Below, piece by piece: positions 10,930-24,249 of a stretch of 64,000 nucleotides of DNA. The notes beneath the pieces are model-generated. The model saw only the letters and a program-made list of their open reading frames with translations. It had not been told where the DNA came from and did no database searches. Origin of the DNA: Camelus dromedarius (lineage: Eukaryota); contig NC_087436.1 of NCBI RefSeq assembly GCF_036321535.1, positions 114,082,001 to 114,146,000 of the forward strand. The letters are read 5' to 3'. A program made the translations under genes and the position numbers. How positions within the stretch are numbered: the stretch's first letter is position 1; every line of letters begins with the position of its first letter.

Positions 10930-11330
10930 TGTGAATGTGATCAGCCAGAGAAAATGAATACATGGAAATATAAAGACAACAATGGAATGCTGGGAACTAA
11001 CATTTCAAAAATGAGTTGAAGAACAGGGTGAGATGGAGAAGATTAAGAAGCATCTAGGGAAGCAGGAGGAATATCATGATAATAAGCTGTTGCAGAATTC
11101 AGACAAGAAGAGAATTTGGAACAGGAGAAAAAGTTTGATGATGCTTGCAACTGTTTAATTTTTTAATACAAGGATTGATAAGTGTCCAATAGGTTGGGCA
11201 GTTAACTCTTCATTAACCACAGGGAGGCCGTTTTCATGGTGTCATGACGGCGGGGGAGGGACGCAGCACTGCAGTTTTAGGGATGACTAGGAAGTCAGAG
11301 GATGCAGAGAAAGTGAGACAACTCTGTGTG
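10930..11330 (-). mobile_element. L2 LINE fragment
   Basis: Purine-rich degenerate antisense-L2-like text ('tgggaactaacattt..gagaagattaagaag..gaagcaggagggaa..aagaagagaattt'); boundaries approximate. Confidence 0.45.
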
Positions 11331-11614
11331 AAAGTAAAGACTGAGGAGAGACAACTGGGAGAGGACGATGGCTCCAGGTAGAAGTTTGAGCATGTGAAGT
11401 GACTGATAAGCTAACAGAAAGCTAGCAGTTGTTGACCGAGGACCAGTGATTCATGCATTAACATCAGAGTTCTGCCATCTTCTGCACTGCTCAGGGATAT
11501 CTGGGGAAAAGTGGTTCTATAAAGCCCCCAAAACTGAAGAGAAGCAGTTAAACTAGAGCACACCCTGCACAGGAGATTAACGTAAGAAAGGGATTTCCCA
11601 CAGTCTTGATGATA

Positions 11615-12070
11615 CATGTGTACACACAGAGCACACACTACAGCACACACAAAATCCACACAACATGCACAAAACACTTCTACAACATACCACATGCACA
11701 TCATACACACAACATGCATAAAACAAACATATGGCACGTGTAAACATACAATAGGGACCTAACTAGCCACACACTACAGAAAATATACATGATATCCACA
11801 TGTGCATGCATAGATCACACATGTGTGCACACAAAGCACACACATAAAACACACAACACACATAGAACACATAGAAAAATACAACACATTCATATCATAC
11901 ACAACATACACAAGGTGCACAAAGCACACACGTGCACTTGTTCAACACACATAAATACTCACCACATGTACACACATGTACACATGCACACTGAATGCAT
12001 CATGAATGCACCACACGTAGACGCATGCACACATATCACATGTATAACACACTCATGTAACGCACACACA
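11615..12070. repeat. Degenerate (CA)/(CATA)-rich low-complexity tract
   Basis: About 450 bp of imperfect acac/acat/gcac units; gives the spurious His/Thr-rich and Cys/Val-rich ORFs in the track. Confidence 0.85.
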
Positions 12071-15000
12071 TCCCCACAGCAGAGCTGCTTAGCAACCCAA
12101 GGCTGTACACACCGTGCACCGGCGAATAGCATGGGAGGGGAGGAAAAGAAGCACGTGTGCTGGTCCTCAAAGGGCTGCAAGATCAAATATTTAACCAAGC
12201 AGAGAGCAGAAGGGAAGGCAATCAAGGGAAAAGGGCTTGAGAACAAGATGCATCCACCTCCACTCTCTGCAGGTGCAAAGCACCGTGCTGCTCAGGGAAA
12301 CGAAACTGTACTCCTATGACCTCACCCCTGGTGTCCAGTCCACAAGTCAGAGCAGGGCACAGCTGCTTTAAAGGATAGAAACCTCCCCCTCATCTTTTCT
12401 TTCGACTGGCAATGAATGAGGGCCCCTTTCTTTGAAACTCTCACCTGACTACTTCACAGTTGCTGTTTGAAATGCTGAAGGCACAGAGGGCGACCCCAGT
12501 GACTACAGGCTCTTAGTTCTGTTGATAGCAAGGAGAAGCTTGGAGAAAGGGCCAAACCTGTGCTACAAAGAGTGAGGTTTTCTGACATCAGTGGGCACCT
12601 TCATTTTATACTGAGATGGTGCGACCGTGACCAGACTCTGAAAAATTGCTTTTGATTTTTCTTACTAATTCTTTTACATAGGAAGAATGCCAGCCAAATG
12701 TGAATATTCACTCCTTTTTTTTTTTTGCCTCCAGTAAAAATGGGTGAAGATGGGGGAGAAATTTATTCTCCTTTAAAGTGTTTTCTTATCTCCTTCTTAA
12801 GCTCTAGGGTAGAAAATTCCAGAATGTACCTCCAGGCCCTCAGCAGTGATATTTTGGTTCCGTTTCTTAGTGCTCTCCCTTTCTCTCCCAGGTCTCTTCT
12901 GACAGTGCCAAGTTGCTTGCTGGGCTGTCATCAAAAAGCTCTGAAGTCGTGCAAAAGGAACTGGCAAATTTGTCTCCTACCCTGCTTAAATTAGTCATTA
13001 TCTCCAGCAGGGATATTCATCCCCTCTCATTTTCCTTGTCTGGCTTCCTTTTCTTCTTTGTTTTGTTTCACTTACTTTTTTTCTACAGTTATTCTGATGT
13101 GAGGTCAGTGTACACATCCACCCCTGAAGGTCCCAAGATGCCAAGAAAGTTCCCTGCCAACAGACCCTTTCATCATGCTCCTCCTGAGATGGAGAGCCGC
13201 TTTTGTCAGTCTCTAGATGGCTATGGAATGGCTGGTCTAGCACACATCTGTCTTTCTTTGGGCTTCTGCACAGTCACAACCCAATAATGCAGTGATAAGG
13301 TGTCCCAACTGGTATGAAATTAAGGAGTCAAAATGCCCTTAGCCATCAACTGCCAGCTGGCTAGCTCAGTGACTGTTTTAAGGTCTACCTTGAGCTCAAA
13401 GAATTGCCCAAGGTGCATTTATTTATTCTTTGAAAATACATTCCTGACCAACGCTTCTTCATTCTGCAGTCCCAGTTTAGGCCTATTGTCCAGGTATAAT
13501 TATTAATAGCACCCATTTCCCTCTCAAAAGCATCTCCGTTTGCACAGTAAGCTATGTGGTCATTCTACTGCAAAGACTGAACTAGGCATTGCAGACACAG
13601 AAAAGCAAAGGGCAGGGCCGTGCCTTAGAAGAACTCAGTCTCTTTTGAAAAATGGGCCATAGGCAATTATAATATGACACTTGAGCTAAGATAAAGGTGT
13701 TCACAGATGTGTGTGTTTTTGTGCCACTGTGTCTGTGCCCCCTGTGTCCAGCATGGTGCTGAGAACAAAGAGATGCGTAACACATTCTGTTGCTGTTTTT
13801 GTTTGGGTGGGTCATGTGTTCTGCAAGTCAGCAGTTCTGCATAATCATCTACCTACCCTTCTTTCTGTCTCATCTTCTTTCCTGGCTCCTTTCCCTCCTC
13901 CAGAACTCTTGAGTTTCCTAGATACTAAGCTTGGGGAGAGGGTCAAGGGAGTGGGTGACAACCACGAAGGTGATAAACATACATTCCACTCCAAGTCCTT
14001 CCTCAACCTCTGCAGCAAAATCTTTGGGACTAATGCTGCTGCCCCCTCCCACCTGTTCTCTGCCTTTCTCTCTGTCTAGATGCTCTTTTTGGTGGGTCTT
14101 GTTAGTGTCCTGCTGCAGCCCTGAGTACCAAGGGCTATCCCTTCCTGATGGCCCCAACTGGCAGCTCTTTCTCCTGCCATTTCTGTTCCTGCAGCCTGAG
14201 GTACTGCTAACCTAGGTAGGTCTTGCTAACATGTACTCAAGACCAATACTGATGGTTTATCCAAACAAGGATAAGCTGGTGCTGGCATTTGACCTAATGG
14301 CTCCTGTTTCCCCCCCAGGGAGGTATGAGTCCCACCAATGTCACTGACCATGGCCTTGCCCCTCTGCGGTCACTCACAGGGAAGGTGAGAGGGCAGGCCA
14401 TCCCCAAACTCAGTTCCCCACCTCCTCTTATTCTCTGAAAAGAATGACTTCACTCATCATTTTCTTATAAGATCCTCTTCTCAAGCAGCTCTCACATATG
14501 ACTCCCACAAATGAATCATATAAGCTGGGAAGTTCCATCTGGGTAAAACTGCAGTCTTTATTCTACAAGTTTTAAATATTCCCAGGCTTCATATGTGAGT
14601 CTGATTTTTATAGACTCTTTAATTAAAATGTCATTGCGAATTTAAGAGAGAAGGAAAGGACAGAGGACAGGCCAGGGTGAGAGAGACATGCTAGAACCTA
14701 TCAAGTTGTGTAAGCTGTTTCTTCATTTCTTTATCCTCAAAATGTTTGGAATTTCTGATATTTCTGTATTTTTAGCAGCTCTAAATCTTAAGGTTTGTGG
14801 GTTGAAAAATTCTGAAGTTCATGGATGAAGCACTGACTTGCCAAGTGGCACGGATCTGAAAACAAATAATAAAAAAGTTAAATTAAACTTACAGTTAAGT
14901 TAAAACAACAGCAATTCTGTGAGATAAAGTCTGTTGCTGAGATGAGAGGAGAGGTCTCTGAGGGCACAGAAGACAGTGTCTAAGTGGAGAACAGAGGGAG

Positions 15001-16364
15001 GAAAGAACACAGGACATTGTTATCTGTTTCAATATTTCTGTGCTTAGAGACAATCTTGTCTCCTAAGACATCTTGTCTCTTAAGATTGCAACTTCCTTCA
15101 GGGGAAAGACAATATTTTATTTCTTTGCTGCATTTGTCCACATTCTATAGCACAGTGCTTAGCACACAGAGGGGAGGAAATGAGATAATCTAGAAAAGTC
15201 CTGGACTAGCAGACTCTCGTCCCCAAAGCTGCAGAAATTTTCATGTGACCTTGAAGAATCATTTACCTCTCTGTTTCTTCAGCTGTAAGTACGACCAGAT
15301 AATCACCAAGCTGCAGACTCACTTTAAAACTTCATGAGTCTATCACTGTGACTGTTGGATCAAGTTACAGGAGAAACTCTAGAGCTTAATGATTTGTACG
15401 TGGAATTTGCTTGTAAAGGGTAAATATCGACCTCAGTTTCTCTACCTATAAATCAGTGATACTAGAATAGATAATCTTTTTTTCCTCTATCTCACTCTAA
15501 AATGCCAAGAACATCTGAATTAAAATGCTGGGACTTCATTCTCAAAGATCAAATCCCAAAGGGGAATGTATCAATATAGGGAAGAGGAATAGATTTTATT
15601 CACATATAAGTCATTGGCCTATTGATAAGAAACCTGTATTTGCAATGGGCTCATTTTTATCCTAGTCATAAAATCTCAATCTTGTCTCAAACACGGTATT
15701 TTCCCTTTCAATATAAGAGGCAATTTATTTTATTGTTACTTGAAACTAAGGGAATCCAATAAACTGGTTTGGAGCCAAAGAAGACCATAATGACAAAATG
15801 ATTGATCTTTTTATAATACATCACATTGCTATTTTCAAATTGAAGAAAGGCAATATAGAAGATATTCATTTGTACCACAGTCTGGTGTTCATCTCTGTAA
15901 TAGAATGTAACACTCCTTTGTATTTATTAAGTACCTGACACCACTAGAAATACAAAGTAATAGGGCTTCACTGTTAATTCTCAGGCATGGTCAAATATTA
16001 GTTGTTACACCACACTGACTCAAAGATTCTATATGGGAGCTTGAGGCAAAATGTCAGCTCTAGTGCATTGTGGGGGAAAACAAAAGCGTTGTATCCAGGA
16101 TCTTTTGGTAGAAGTGAAAGTTAAGTAACATATACTACTCAACAGGATCCCCCCCGCAAAAAAAAATTTTTAAAATCAGAGCTGTTTAATAACGGCAAAA
16201 AGGCACCAATCCCAGAGGTCTGGTTCTGGGTTGGGCACATTGGCTACCATCTTGCTAAATCCTCAAAGCACCCTTCTGAGACGTATCTTACTGCTCCAAC
16301 ACACATATGAAAAGACAGAGGACTGATAAAGTTAAGCTCTTCTCCTTGGGCCACTGAGCTATTA

Positions 16365-16819
16365 CAGGCATACTTTGTTTTATTGAGCTTCACTTTACTG
16401 CAGATCGCATTTTTTACAAAATTAAAAGTTTGTGATAACCCTGCATCAAGCAAGTCTACCAGTGTCATTTTTCCAACAGCACCTGCTCCCTTCTTGATTT
16501 CGTGTACATTTTGGTAATTTTTGCAATATTTCAAACTGTTTTCCTATTATATTTGTTATGGTGATCTGTGACCAGAGATCTTGGTGTTATTATTATAATT
16601 GTTCTGGCTTTGTTTTAAAATGAAGTGTTTTTAGTTAAGGAATGTATATTGGTTTTTATAGACATAATGTTATGGCAGACTCAAAAGACTACAGCATAGT
16701 GTAAACATAACTTTTATATGCACTGGGAAATCAGAAAATTTGTGTAACTTGCTTTACTGAAATAGCCACTTTATTGCTTTGGCCTGGAACTAAACCCACA
16801 TACTTCTGAGGTATGCCAG
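16365..16819 (+). mobile_element. Tigger1-derived non-autonomous DNA transposon (TcMar-Tigger; Tigger1a-like), about 455 bp
   Basis: TA|caggcatac ... gaggtatgccag|TA termini (TIR with one mismatch, TA TSD). Tigger1 subterminal text 'aaccctgcatcaagcaagtctaccagtgtcatttttccaacagca' and 'gactacagcatagtgtaaacataacttttatatgcactgggaaa'; transposase absent. Confidence 0.9.
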
Positions 16820-18011
16820 TACATGTTGGAGAGAAGACTTGAAATGCATTTTGGCTGATTCCAAAGCCCATGTGTTTTCACTATATCACAGTGCCTCTTT
16901 ACGAAGTAGTTATGTTCCATTACTTGATGGCCAAAGAAAAGCCAGCCGATAAAGACAGTATCCAATAATGACTGTCTACTGACTTTTTAATGGCTGTCAT
17001 TCTTGGCCAGGAGTAGTCTTGAATGAAGTTGGATTTGGACTATGTAAAGGTTTCAAGAACACATTCCTCCTGGGTATTCTGCACTAACCCATTGGGGTAG
17101 GTGTTATCATTGAGAATTGTCACAGGGTTCTATGAATCCTGACGATGAGTAGGATCATCACAAAAGGGTGTTTAGAGAAGAAGGAAGGCAGAAGATGGTC
17201 TAGTCCCTGTACCATGAGTTGACCAACTCGCCAAATCTCACTCGATTCTGTGGTTCTCATATCTCTCCCAGTCACCTACTGAGATGATGCTGCAGAAACT
17301 TCCCTGATTTTCCCACAAGTGATGGCGCTCTTCTCAAATCCTTGCCATGGGAGAGGGCTCATCACCTCCCCAAAACTGTGCTGACTACATTTTAATCAGT
17401 GACCTGCTGATCCACTTCATCTTTGTACAGATCTGATGCTTAGAAAAATGTTCATACACTGGATTTTAGCTTTTGTAACTTCCATTCTTTGACCCTTTTT
17501 GTCATTTACAGTCAAAAAGAACAAATTCAGACAAGCATTTAAATTATTTCAGAAAAAGGTAACTCTCCCTAAGTGTGTGATGGCAAAGATGACAAGGATG
17601 TCACCCAGAAGTCTCACAGGTTTGCTCCTCACTTGCGCTACAAGCACTCGATCATAGGTGGATCCCCAACCCCTCCACCCCAAATTTCAGATTTCTCCTC
17701 TGGAAAATGAGTGAATTGAATGTGATGAATTTCTGAAGCTTAGCCTAAGTTGGATTTTAGGTAACTCTATGATCCTTCAGGAAAAACACAGCTGGTTCTT
17801 TCATGCTCTTCTCTAGCTGGGTTCTCAGGATTTCACTGGGGAGAGGAGTTCAGTTCTAGTACTCTTTTCTGCACAGAACCCAATAATATTTTCACAAAGC
17901 CTTTCCCATCTTGCTCTCACTATCTGACCTCAAGGATTCAATGCAACAAAAACCATCTCTGCTTCTCCCACAAAAGCACAGTGTTTCTAATTGTGCTGAA
18001 CCCTAAACATA

Positions 18012-18089
18012 CACCACTTCCACCATCACCACCACCTACATCACCATCACCATCACCATCACCATCACCATAACCATCACCTAATCACC
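18012..18089. repeat. (CACCAT)n / (CAC)n simple repeat
   Basis: 'catcaccatcaccatcaccatcaccatcaccataaccatcacc' with degenerate flanks. Confidence 0.85.
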
Positions 18090-19252
18090 AGCCTGGGCCC
18101 ACAGCTTTCATTAATAGTTTCAAATATATTTCTATCAGATGCTTTTTCAAAAATTAATCCCACAGTGAGATTCATATTTTGAAAGACTTTTCTTATCACA
18201 CAAAATGTGTATTCTAGGTAGTAATATAATAATATCTAATTTCTTAAGTATTATTTGTATCAACTAATAGCCCATGTCACCGCCCTTCAGAAATTTTGTT
18301 CTGCTTGAAAACTACCCAGTCCTGGAAATTTCTGCAATTCCAACTGTAAACTGAGGCAACTATTATGTGCATTGACCATTTTGACTTTGGTGCTGGCTAA
18401 TATCTGATTTCTGAAAGACTCATTGATGCATTTAGTCAGCAAACCTTCATGGATGCCTTTACTGATGCTCAGGAGAATGAGGACCCTACATGAGGAGCTT
18501 CTATGCGTAGCCTACCATGGCTCTGAGTTCCAAACTTACAACAAGCTTGTCTTATGAAGACTCAGACTTAAGCCACTAAGGCAAATCACAGGTGGCTTTG
18601 GGAGAGGATGGGAAGTATGTACTATATGAGGCAATCACTTATCTTTGATAGAGACAGAGAAGGACAATACACTTAATGTGCTTTTCACCCTGCTAAGTGG
18701 GTGACTCTTTGATGCCAAATCAGGCAAAGATTGCATCTGTCCTGATTGCCCACAAATGCAGAAAGTTATTTTAACTCCCAAGAAACACCAAGACTGAGGA
18801 GTCTACAGTTGGCAGAGGAAAATAGTTTGCCCTGTCCTGTACTGTCCAACTTCTGGACATAGTCACAGAAGCTTGATTCTTCCTGTTCAGAGCACTTTAT
18901 GAGTCTGTGAAGTTCAATTTGGTTTCCCAAAATCCAGACTGTCAGGGGTTGCGTTGGTCACAGAAATGTGTTTGTTAGAGCTGCAGACTTCTTACGCTCT
19001 TTTGCCTTTCATGTTTATTTGAAACAGAATTCAGCCTCCACTCACAACTGTGATGATCTTTTTAAACCTACTTTTCTATTCTTTGATGAAAGGGATTATT
19101 ATTTTTTTTATTTTCTTCCATCCATTTTATGACTGCTGGAATGTACCTGGGATTTGCTCTGGTTAATTTGCCCCAGATTAACCAATAAATCATCCAAGAT
19201 TTTGATAATAGTGAAAATCTGAGACTCACACTTGGAATTGTACCAAATCTTA

Positions 19253-19735
19253 CTGTGGTGGACATTTAGCATGTTAGTCTGGCCACCACCCCCTTACTTA
19301 CTTATTCTGATGAGGGACCTTCCTTCCCTCCCCTCTTCCACATCTAAATGAACACATGACCCAAGGTTAGGCAATAATAGTACCTTACTTCTGGGGAACA
19401 AGAAATCGCCCATGGAGTAGTCACAAACCAGGCCAATCACTGCCCTTCCGTGACCAGGGAAGATTCTCTCCTCTCAAGTGCAGACGATGTAAGAAACTAG
19501 AAGTTGTGATCCCAGCCTTACAGAGAAAGGCAGTCCCTGGAAGAAAAAGAGGAAAGATTGAAGCCAGATTCAGTGAGAAGCAAAAGTGAGTAGTAGAGCC
19601 AGCTTTTATTACCACTGTCTACACCCACAGTCCTGCCCTTCCTACAACAGAGGTCAATAAACAGCCCTATTTGTTTCAACCAATTCAAGTCCAGGTTCTC
19701 TCTCCTGCTACTAGAGTGTCCCGAGTAGACTAGTT
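19253..19735 (+). mobile_element. ERVL LTR (LTR16-like)
   Basis: 'tgtggtggaca..cacatgacccaagg..caggccaatca..gaagccaga..gtcaataaacagccctatttgtttcaaccaattcaagtccaggttctct'. Confidence 0.6.
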
Positions 19736-19919
19736 CATGGGCAAGAAGTGTCCTTGATACAAAGAGGACAACTGTTGCTGACAGAGACAGCCCCCAGTGG
19801 ATTATAAAGTCTGCCAGTCTGAATTCCACTTTTCCCCCCACTATCCAAATCTCATCAAGCCAATTAACTTCTAGGAACACATTTGCCTTGACAGAAAAAT
19901 GTAAAGAAGCACCTTCTCT

Positions 19920-20420
19920 GTGTCCTAGCCATGTCTTTTTATTTTCTATGTTTCTGATGCTTTGATACCTTGGGGCTGGTCCTGGAGGGACCACCGTCTG
20001 AGGGTAGGCAGTTCTTAGAGATAGTAAAGAGCTCGTGTGGGAATGTCCCTTTTATGTGCAAACTGATCAATCCAGAGTCCCTGCCCCTCCCCGGGCATCA
20101 GTTTTATCAGGGTCTTACACTCCAGGCCACCATTTCCCTGCCCCAACAACCCAAAACAGCGAGGGGCAGCTTCATGCTCCAGAAGGCCCTGAAATCATTC
20201 ACACAGGCAGGTCCTTCCCACAGAAACCACAAGAAGGACATACGCCCAGGTTTTCCCCAGTCCCCCTGCCTCCTGACAGACCCTGATGCTGCCCCATGTG
20301 GCCCTACATGTGATGTTCCCTTCTCTTGGGAACTGAATAACAAACTGACATTTCAGTGATATTTGTCTCCTGATCTGTTGGCCTCACCCCACCTGAATAA
20401 TAATAAAACCCATATTTTAA
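19920..20420 (+). mobile_element. ERVL LTR (MER74/MER73-like)
   Basis: 'ttttctatgtttctgatgctttgatacc..cctggagggac..cttagagatagtaaa..tgcaaactgatcaatccagag..ttcccacagaaaccacaa..ttgggaactgaataacaaact..cacctgaataataataaaacc'. Confidence 0.7.
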
Positions 20421-20659
20421 AACACTACCTCCCAAGGGTGGGTGAGAAAATACCTCATGCTGTGCTAGGTATGGTGAGCTTTGAACATTTAGCTGTTCAA
20501 GAAATCTTAGAAAAGACTCATTTACTGACTGTTAAGATTTGAAGGCATTTTGAGAGAGACTAAAGCTGTCACCTTTTGGATCACAGTGGTTGATATTTCA
20601 AGGTCATTCTTTACAAACCTCCAGAGGAGTAGATTCTATGGCAAATGCACACAATCACT

Positions 20660-20780
20660 GTTCATCTCATCTACTCATTCAGAAGATATATATTAAACAC
20701 CTGCTCTCTGCCAGAGCAATGAACAAATCAGACATCAACCCTGCCCTCATAGAACTTAATCTTATGGGTGAAAGATACCG
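20660..20780 (-). mobile_element. L2 3' end
   Basis: 'ctcattcagaagatatatattaaacacctgctctctgccag..atgaacaaatcagaca..ccctgccctcatagaactta'. Confidence 0.6.
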
Positions 20781-22734
20781 AAACAAGGGTAAAACTACAA
20801 CAGTGACATATACCAAGAACACTAAATAAATATGGTAAATAAAAACTGGAAACCTCTGTTTAGCCTGCTTTTAGTGGGGAACAGAAAAAAAAATATTAAG
20901 GCTAATTCTTACATTTAAATAGCCTATTTCCTATTTATCTTGTATATTCCTATTATTTAGATGATTATGCTACCTACCTAAATAATATCATAATCATTTA
21001 AGTAAAAATAACCTAGATAAAATCTAAATAGTAGTGTCTCAAGTGTGTGCAGTCTCTTACAGTTCATGACCCACTCACATGTGTTAACAGCTATGCATGT
21101 GGAATAACAGCTCACAAAGTGCCTTCATCTGGCCCTCCTTGAAGATCTTGGTGCTCATATCTGAGCAGCAAGGTTTGGTTAGAGCTTAAACTCTGAGTTC
21201 CTCCGACTTCAGACACACAGTGACCGGGGTTTGGTGAGATCGTGCTGTCGCAGGGGCTGAATTTATAGATAACAAAACTCCAGGTCCTAGTTTAGAAGGA
21301 AAATAGACAGATGAAGCCTGTGGCCGTGGGAGGTCCCCTTTCTCCTTCCTATGCTATGATTTGGGTGATGTTACCTATAATACTTACTCTAGCAAAAATC
21401 GAGCCCACAGGATGTATGGGAAGCACCTCAAAGTTCAGGGTCTCCCCAGCTGTGACAGGTGATGCCGGAATCAGGCTCATGCAGAAGCACAGGACCCAGA
21501 AGCTGGTCCTGAACCAGCTGCACTTCAGGGAGGTGAAGTCTCAATGTCTGGGTCCCTGCACCTGCTATTTCATGCACATTAGGGTCCTGAAAAATAAAAA
21601 AAAAAAATTAAAAAAAAAACTTACAGCTGAAGGGTTCATGGTAAAAATAAGAAACTTTCTGCTAGAGGCAGCATCCTTTTGAAAAGCCAGGCAGAATGGC
21701 AACCTGAAGGGAAATGTTTACCTGATCCCAAGCAGCCAACACTTCACAGACTGCTCAGTCTGAAAGCAGCACAGAATTGCACTGCCAACCTGCAAATCAG
21801 GAGCCCCAGATACTATTAACCAAACACCTGAGACCACCGCCCACCCCCAATCTGTGTTCCCAGGGTTGATTCTGGCTGCTTCAACCTTGAGTCATAACAG
21901 TGCATTTACCAGTAAAAGATAAAGTGAAGCTGAAAATCTGCCAACAGAACAGGTCCCACGGGATCCCGGTTAGAGGAAGCTCCTGATGTCACTCAGAACA
22001 AGAAAAGCAGGACTTTGGAAAAGCCTGAAGACTGACAAATTTTCACATAGGGAAATTTTCGTGCACAAAAGCTCATAAGTTACTTGGGAAAATAAAAGTG
22101 CTGATACCGAGCCACTTAAGCAATACTTGACGGCGCCATGCTTGATTGAAAAATAAAATATGGTGCCCCGTGGGCACATGGTGCTGACTTCACAAAACTG
22201 CTGCTGCTGGAAGCCCAGCGAGCCCTGCAGCTCGGTGATGGTGAGTCTCCTGAGGTTTGGAGTTCAAGTTCAGTTCGGGTAATGGTTTAGCTGCTTTTAT
22301 GCTTCCAGAAGTTTAATAGGGCCTGGGAGAGGAAAAGAGGTTTCAAAAAAGCGAACTGCTTTGAGCAGCTGATTGCAAATGCACAGATCAGAAACCCAAG
22401 GGCAGCAGGGGAGGCATGATCTTAGCTCAGTGTTGGCACGTGGTGGGTGGCGGGAGGACCAGCCCTTAACAGCAGCAAAGGACAATGGGAAAGAAAAGGT
22501 GTCTGCTCCTTCTTTCTTATTCTAAGGCCTTGAGTCAAATTAAAAAGATAAAGGTCATGTGTGTAGTTTCCTTTGATTCACTCTACATAAAGCTGTAAGT
22601 GTGCACATCATTTATGCCTCTACACTGCTCAGTTGATTTCTCTGGAACGACACTGATTTATACTGCTGTATCGCTCACCCCCTCAACAAACATATCTTTA
22701 AGGCCCACCAGGTACCATGCAGCATTCTAGGGGC

Positions 22735-22975
22735 TGGGCTTAGAGCCAGAGTGTTTAGGCTCAAATCTTGGCTCCATCACTTATTTCCTGACTATGCTTG
22801 TGGACAGCAGTATTTCCCATGACTTTGGGCAAGATGTTTAACCTCCCTGGGTGTCAGGTCCTCATCAGTAAAACAGAGATAATAATGGTACCTACTTGCT
22901 GGGGTTGTTGAGAGGACTGAATGAGCTAGTAAGTGTCAGGTGCTTAGAGCAGTGCCAGGCACGCAGTCAGGGCTA
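22735..22975 (+). mobile_element. MIR SINE
   Basis: 'agagccagagtgtttaggctcaaatcttggctccatcactta..gactttgggcaagatgtttaacctccctg..cctcatcagtaaaacagagataataatggtacctac..gtgcttagagcagtgccaggcac'. Confidence 0.8.
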
Positions 22976-23139
22976 CACTAGTGGGGGAGGCAGACACTGA
23001 CCTAATAGCCACCAAGAAAATAAACCATTATATCGCCTGTGATCTGTATTATGAAAGAAAGGCATTCAGGTCTATGAGGCTTGAATTAATCTGTGAGAGG
23101 GAGAATCAAAGAAAGCTACTCAAAAGTGGTGGTTGTTCC

Positions 23140-23545
23140 AAAGAAAACAGAAACACTAATTCAGAAACATATTTGCACCACTATGTTCACTGTAGAATTA
23201 TATATAATAGCCAAGCTGTGGACGCAACCATAGTATCCAGTAATAGATGAATGCATAAAGACGATATGAGATACACACACACACACACACACAGTGGAAT
23301 ATTACTCAACCACAAGAAAAGAATGGGATCTTGCCATTCGTATCAACATGGGTGAACCTAGAGGGTATTGAGCCAAGTGAGGTAAGTCAGACAGAGAAAG
23401 ACAAATACCATACGATTTCACTTATATGTAGAGTCTAAAAAAAAACCAAAACAAATGAACAAATATAACAAAACAGAAGCAGAGTCATAAATACAGTGAA
23501 CAAACAAGTGGTTGCCAGAGGGGAAGGAAGATTTTAAAAAAAAGT
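23140..23545 (+). mobile_element. L1 fragment (ORF2 end + proximal 3' UTR)
   Basis: 'atttgcaccactatgttcactg..aatagccaag..gtggaatattactcaacc..aacatgggtgaacctagagggtatt..aagtcagacagagaaagacaaataccat'; internal (CA)n at about 23272-23292. Confidence 0.88.
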
Positions 23546-23673
23546 GGTGGTTGTGGAAATGAGAAATTAAATTGAGTAAGGGTTTACGGAAAGGAAAGGA
23601 AGGAAAGGAAAGGACAGGAAAGGTTTGGTAGGGCACCCCAAGCTATTCCACAATGATCCACCTTCCACTAGGC

Positions 23674-23800
23674 CAGTGGTTGGCAAACTTTTTTTCTGTC
23701 AATAGCCAGATTATGCAGCCATGAACTCTCTGCTGGAACTTCTCTACTGCACTTCTGTTGTGCAGAAGGGGCCACAGGCAGTATGGATTGCTAAACCCCC
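23674..23800. mobile_element. MER58-like hAT-Charlie remnant
   Basis: 'cagtggttggcaaacttttttctgtcaatagccagat..' and terminal 'ttgctaaacccc'. Confidence 0.6.
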
Positions 23801-24249
23801 CACTGATCAGTAAGCTTCCTTGGAGTGCAGACCTTGTCTTAGCCACTTTTTGTACCCACAGGCCCTGAGCCATTGAAGGTACTCAGTAGGTGCTTGTTGA
23901 AGAAATAAGAATTCTCTACTTGGGAGAACACGTTGATCCTAGGGTACTGTTAGGTAACTCAAGGGACCAAGATACAACGTAACTCAAGCCTCACCTATTA
24001 CAGGGTAATTTCCTGATAATCCTCTGCCACAAAGAGTTAACTCTCAGAGAGTTATCCCAGCATTATCTTCTTTCATGTTTATTGCAACCCAAGAGTTTAA
24101 AGAAAAGGTTACCATTGCCCCCTTTGAAATGGGGTAAAGGAAACCTAAAAAGAACTCTTGTTTTCTAGCCCTCCCCCCTCAAGCCCAGTTCACTATGCAT
24201 TTCTGGCTGAGATGGCTAGCTTTCACTTGGAGGGCTCACGTTTTCCCTC

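Noticed and set aside
11411..12319. His/Thr-rich and Cys/Val-rich ORFs
   Set aside because: Translation artefacts of the CA/TG low-complexity tract.
18012..18089. Poly-His-like coding potential
   Set aside because: Simple (CACCAT)n repeat with nearby stops and no ORF or splice context.
19518..20359. 158-aa and 129-aa ORFs
   Set aside because: They lie across LTR16-like and MER74-like LTR remnants, which are non-coding.
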